Positions 42,086 through 44,812 of a DNA stretch of 44,812 bases are shown piece after piece. Below the pieces are notes generated by a model, which saw nothing but the letters and a program-made list of their open reading frames with translations, searched no databases and was not told the DNA's origin. Position numbers and translations under genes: made by a program. This DNA comes from a virus (Duplodnaviria > Caudoviricetes). The stretch spans positions 1 through 44,812 of IMG/VR virus record IMGVR_UViG_3300021197_000621; one strand, 5' to 3'. Each line of letters begins with the position of its first letter. Within the stretch, counting starts at the first letter, position 1.

Positions 42086-43578
42086 AGCAACTACTGCACC
42101 CGCAACAACTCCACGCATATCAGCGTGAGTGTGTTATGCACCAACTACAGCACGATGAATCGATGTTGTGGCTCCAGATGGGGCTGGGTAAGACGCCCAT
42201 CACACTGACCACCATCGTTGACCGGATGCGCTCAGGACAAGTTAGAAAGACGTTGATCTTTGGATCACTGCGAGTCATTCAATCTGTGTGGGCACGTGAG
42301 GCTAGGAAGTGGAGCCACACCAACCATCTCAGGTTCAGCGTGGTACATGGCACAAAGGAGAAGCGCACTCGCGCCCTATTCGCTGATGCCGACATCTACC
42401 TCATAAACTACGAAGCGATGAACTGGCTGGCTGAAGTCCTCGACCATTACTACCTGTCCCAGGGCAAACCTCTGCCGTTCGACATGGTGGTGTACGATGA
42501 GGTGTCGAAGCTGAAGAACTCGACGACCATGCGCATGAAAGGCGGCACACGAGACCGTAGGGATGGGCGTGGCGAGCCTGTTAGGATCAAGGTCACAGGC
42601 TGGCGTAAGATGATCAACGAGTTCAAGTTCAGGACAGGCCTGACGGGAACGCCTGCCTCGAATGGCTACCTAGACCTGCATGGACAGTTCCTCGCTGTCG
42701 ATGGCGGTGAGCGACTCGGTGAGTTCGTCACACACTACAAAGACAGCTACTTCGCCAGTGACTATAGTGGCTGGTCATACACCCCCACAGAGTTGGGTAA
42801 GCAGTGGATCGAGTTCAAGATCAGCGACATCACGAAGAAGATGGACGCGGCTGACTACCTAGATCTGCCTGAGTGTAAAATAACCAACATGATGGTGGAT
42901 CTCCCCGCCAGTGCGCGTAAGGCATACAAGGAGGTCGAGAAGAACATGTTTACTCAACTTGACTCAGGTCAGGAAGTAGAGGTGTTCAGCAGGTCCTCAG
43001 TGTCAAACAAATGCTTACAGTTTTGTAATGGATCTCCGTACCTGTCGAGTGAGTCACCGGAGTACGAATCCATACACGACGCGAAGCTTGACGCCCTCGA
43101 AGAAGTGATCGAGGAGGCTGGCGGCGCACCAGTACTGTGTAGCTACACGTTTAAGTCTGACGCTGAGCGCATCATGAAGAAGTTTAGAAAACTGAAGCCT
43201 GTCAACCTGACGACAACAAAGTCCGTCGACACTGAACGGATCATCAATGAGTGGAACGCTGGCAAGATAAAACTGTTGATAGGACACCCGGCGTCGATGG
43301 GGCATGGTGTGGATGGCCTACAGGACGCGGGTTCGATATTGGTGTGGTTTGGCCTGAACTGGTCGCTGGAGTTGTATGAGCAGATGTGCGGTCGACTGGA
43401 TCGACAAGGGCAGACCCGACCTGTATCAATCATCAGGATACTTTGCAATGATACCGTGGATCTCGCGGTGGTTGACGCCATCGAAAGGAAGACGGACGAT
43501 CAGGAAGGTTTGAAGCGAGCCATGCAGCGATACCGAGATGGTATCACCACGAATGATCTCGAAGTAAATTTCTTCTAG
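42082..43578 (+). CDS. SNF2-family helicase
   Basis: YQ, MGLGKT, DEVS, LTGTP, HPASMGHG.DGLQ, Q..GRL.RQGQ. Confidence 0.93.
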   Translation: MKQLLHPQQLHAYQRECVMHQLQHDESMLWLQMGLGKTPITLTTIVDRMRSGQVRKTLIFGSLRVIQSVWAREARKWSHTNHLRFSVVHGTKEKRTRALFADADIYLINYEAMNWLAEVLDHYYLSQGKPLPFDMVVYDEVSKLKNSTTMRMKGGTRDRRDGRGEPVRIKVTGWRKMINEFKFRTGLTGTPASNGYLDLHGQFLAVDGGERLGEFVTHYKDSYFASDYSGWSYTPTELGKQWIEFKISDITKKMDAADYLDLPECKITNMMVDLPASARKAYKEVEKNMFTQLDSGQEVEVFSRSSVSNKCLQFCNGSPYLSSESPEYESIHDAKLDALEEVIEEAGGAPVLCSYTFKSDAERIMKKFRKLKPVNLTTTKSVDTERIINEWNAGKIKLLIGHPASMGHGVDGLQDAGSILVWFGLNWSLELYEQMCGRLDRQGQTRPVSIIRILCNDTVDLAVVDAIERKTDDQEGLKRAMQRYRDGITTNDLEVNFF

Positions 43579-43907
43579 CCAAAATGGTCAACCAGCCACG
43601 ATATGGCGGCTCCTACGATTGTGAAGCCGCTTAACCATTTAACAAACCCACCGATCACCGACAGAGTTTTTACAGTACCATTAGCAGCCTGCCACGCACT
43701 GACGATGTCTTTAGTGGAATCTGTCAACGCCTTAGTTGACTCCGTAAGATCCTGAATACATTTAGTGTTACGCTCTTGCGCAACGATGAGATGGTCCCAT
43801 CGTTCGTCTTCGGAGTCGCATCGGGCTTTGTACTCTTCGAGGTGGTTTTCCAGTTTTTGCTGCATTAGTGTTATCTGTTTGTCATTGGATCGTCGATCAT
43901 CACCCAT
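43575..43907 (-). CDS. Lysis-associated membrane protein (coiled coil plus C-terminal TM; holin/XhlA-like)
   Basis: Downstream of the endolysin; C-terminal hydrophobic IGGFVKWLSGFTIVGAAISWLV. Confidence 0.6.
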   Translation of the reverse strand: MGDDRRSNDKQITLMQQKLENHLEEYKARCDSEDERWDHLIVAQERNTKCIQDLTESTKALTDSTKDIVSAWQAANGTVKTLSVIGGFVKWLSGFTIVGAAISWLVDHFG

Positions 43908-44352
43908 CGTTAACTCCCCTAATCCACAAGTCAGCTTCAGCAGCGCGTCGGATTACTAAACCACGTAACACCCTGCCTCCTGCTTTGTTCCAACGTGATA
44001 ACTGATAAGGCACATCGCCCCAATCACCGCTGTTGATTCGACGCCTCAAGGTCGAGGCCCTGAATGCTCCGCTGCCTAAGTTGTACACGAAGCTGGCAAG
44101 TGCAGCACGCTGCATGTCATTCAGGTGAGGCTTACAGTAACAAATCACTACGCGCTCAGCCTTCTCAAGCTCGTGGTGAAGCCATCGCTCAGCCTGTCGC
44201 TCTGTGCAGTTTGGGTCGCTACCGGACACCCGTCGACCATCAGGGTATCGAGTGGTCCCGTAGCCCAACGTCCACACACCCGCGGGGCACAGATAAGGGG
44301 TGGACGAATACCCCTCAAATGCTGACACTAAGTCGACCCCTTCTTTTATCAT
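43900..44352 (-). CDS. Endolysin, GH24 (T4/P1-type) lysozyme
   Basis: FEG...YLCPAGVWTLGYG (E-x8-C-x5-T), SFVYNLG, W..AGG..L.GL..RR..E. Confidence 0.93.
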   Translation of the reverse strand: MIKEGVDLVSAFEGYSSTPYLCPAGVWTLGYGTTRYPDGRRVSGSDPNCTERQAERWLHHELEKAERVVICYCKPHLNDMQRAALASFVYNLGSGAFRASTLRRRINSGDWGDVPYQLSRWNKAGGRVLRGLVIRRAAEADLWIRGVNDG

Positions 44353-44812
44353 TTACGCGATGACCGGTAACCGAACAAGAAACCTAACACTGCTTGAATA
44401 GCCTCGCCGATCAGAGACCCCCACAGCAGGTTCACAGCCGCTTGTGTATCTGCGATGGTCTCAACAGAACTCAGCACGGCATAGGTGTAGAACGACGCCA
44501 TGACCGCGAACAGGGTGATGATGATGGTGACGGCGAAGGGTCGCATCGCTGCGTTCCAGGCATCCACCCACGTGATGCCTGAGCCCTTCAAGCTCGCCTT
44601 TATTATGGTGGCCTGTGCCTCGTACGCGGAGATGTCGACCTCTCGATCCATCTCAGCGACACGAGTCTCGCCCTGTTTCTCTGCTATTTTTAGCTGAAGC
44701 TCTGTCTGTACATTGAGCATCTCCATCTCGCGGTTGTGCTCCCGAGACGCCCCCCACTCTTTAAGCAGGGTAGGTACCGACCCCGACACCAAACCTGCTA
44801 CTGTTGAAATTA
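44349..44812 (-). CDS. Holin-like membrane protein (3TM/GTA-type); true start at position 13 across the junction
   Basis: WVDAWNAAMRP followed by two TM segments and GFLFG.RS; hydrophobic N-terminus restored by circularisation. Confidence 0.75.
   Translation of the reverse strand, partial: ISTVAGLVSGSVPTLLKEWGASREHNREMEMLNVQTELQLKIAEKQGETRVAEMDREVDISAYEAQATIIKASLKGSGITWVDAWNAAMRPFAVTIIITLFAVMASFYTYAVLSSVETIADTQAAVNLLWGSLIGEAIQAVLGFLFGYRSSRK

Overview
The window looks like a complete, circularly permuted ~44.8 kb genome of a tailed, podovirus-type phage; a holin-like ORF reads in frame across the end/start junction. The minus strand carries a BPP-1/T7-like morphogenesis block: terS, terL, three paralogous small proteins, portal, scaffold, major capsid, cement and staple proteins, tail tube A/B, internal virion proteins, a 2619-aa polyvalent ejection protein and a beta-helix tail spike. 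It also carries lysis genes, a cluster of small early/accessory ORFs and a primase-helicase. The plus strand carries an APSE-like replication block: RHH regulator, Cas4-like DUF2800 nuclease, DUF2815 SSB, small ATP-dependent ligase, family A polymerase, pentapeptide protein, VRR-NUC, C5 methyltransferase and SNF2 helicase. I recognised no integrase, CI-like repressor, RNA polymerase, tRNA, CRISPR array or DGR. The most notable observations are: (1) the giant virion protein carries two ART-like domains, a GNAT and a zincin peptidase separated by recurring F/L-x-Q junctions; (2) a ~500-bp non-coding locus upstream of terS has inverted 9-bp boxes flanking IHF-consensus sites; (3) an 18-bp operator-like motif recurs in four promoters; (4) there are structured leaders before the primase and terL and a structured intergenic RNA candidate; (5) a ~34-aa module occurs three times on Pro/Ala linkers in two replication proteins. 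All family assignments are by eye from motifs and synteny, not database searches.
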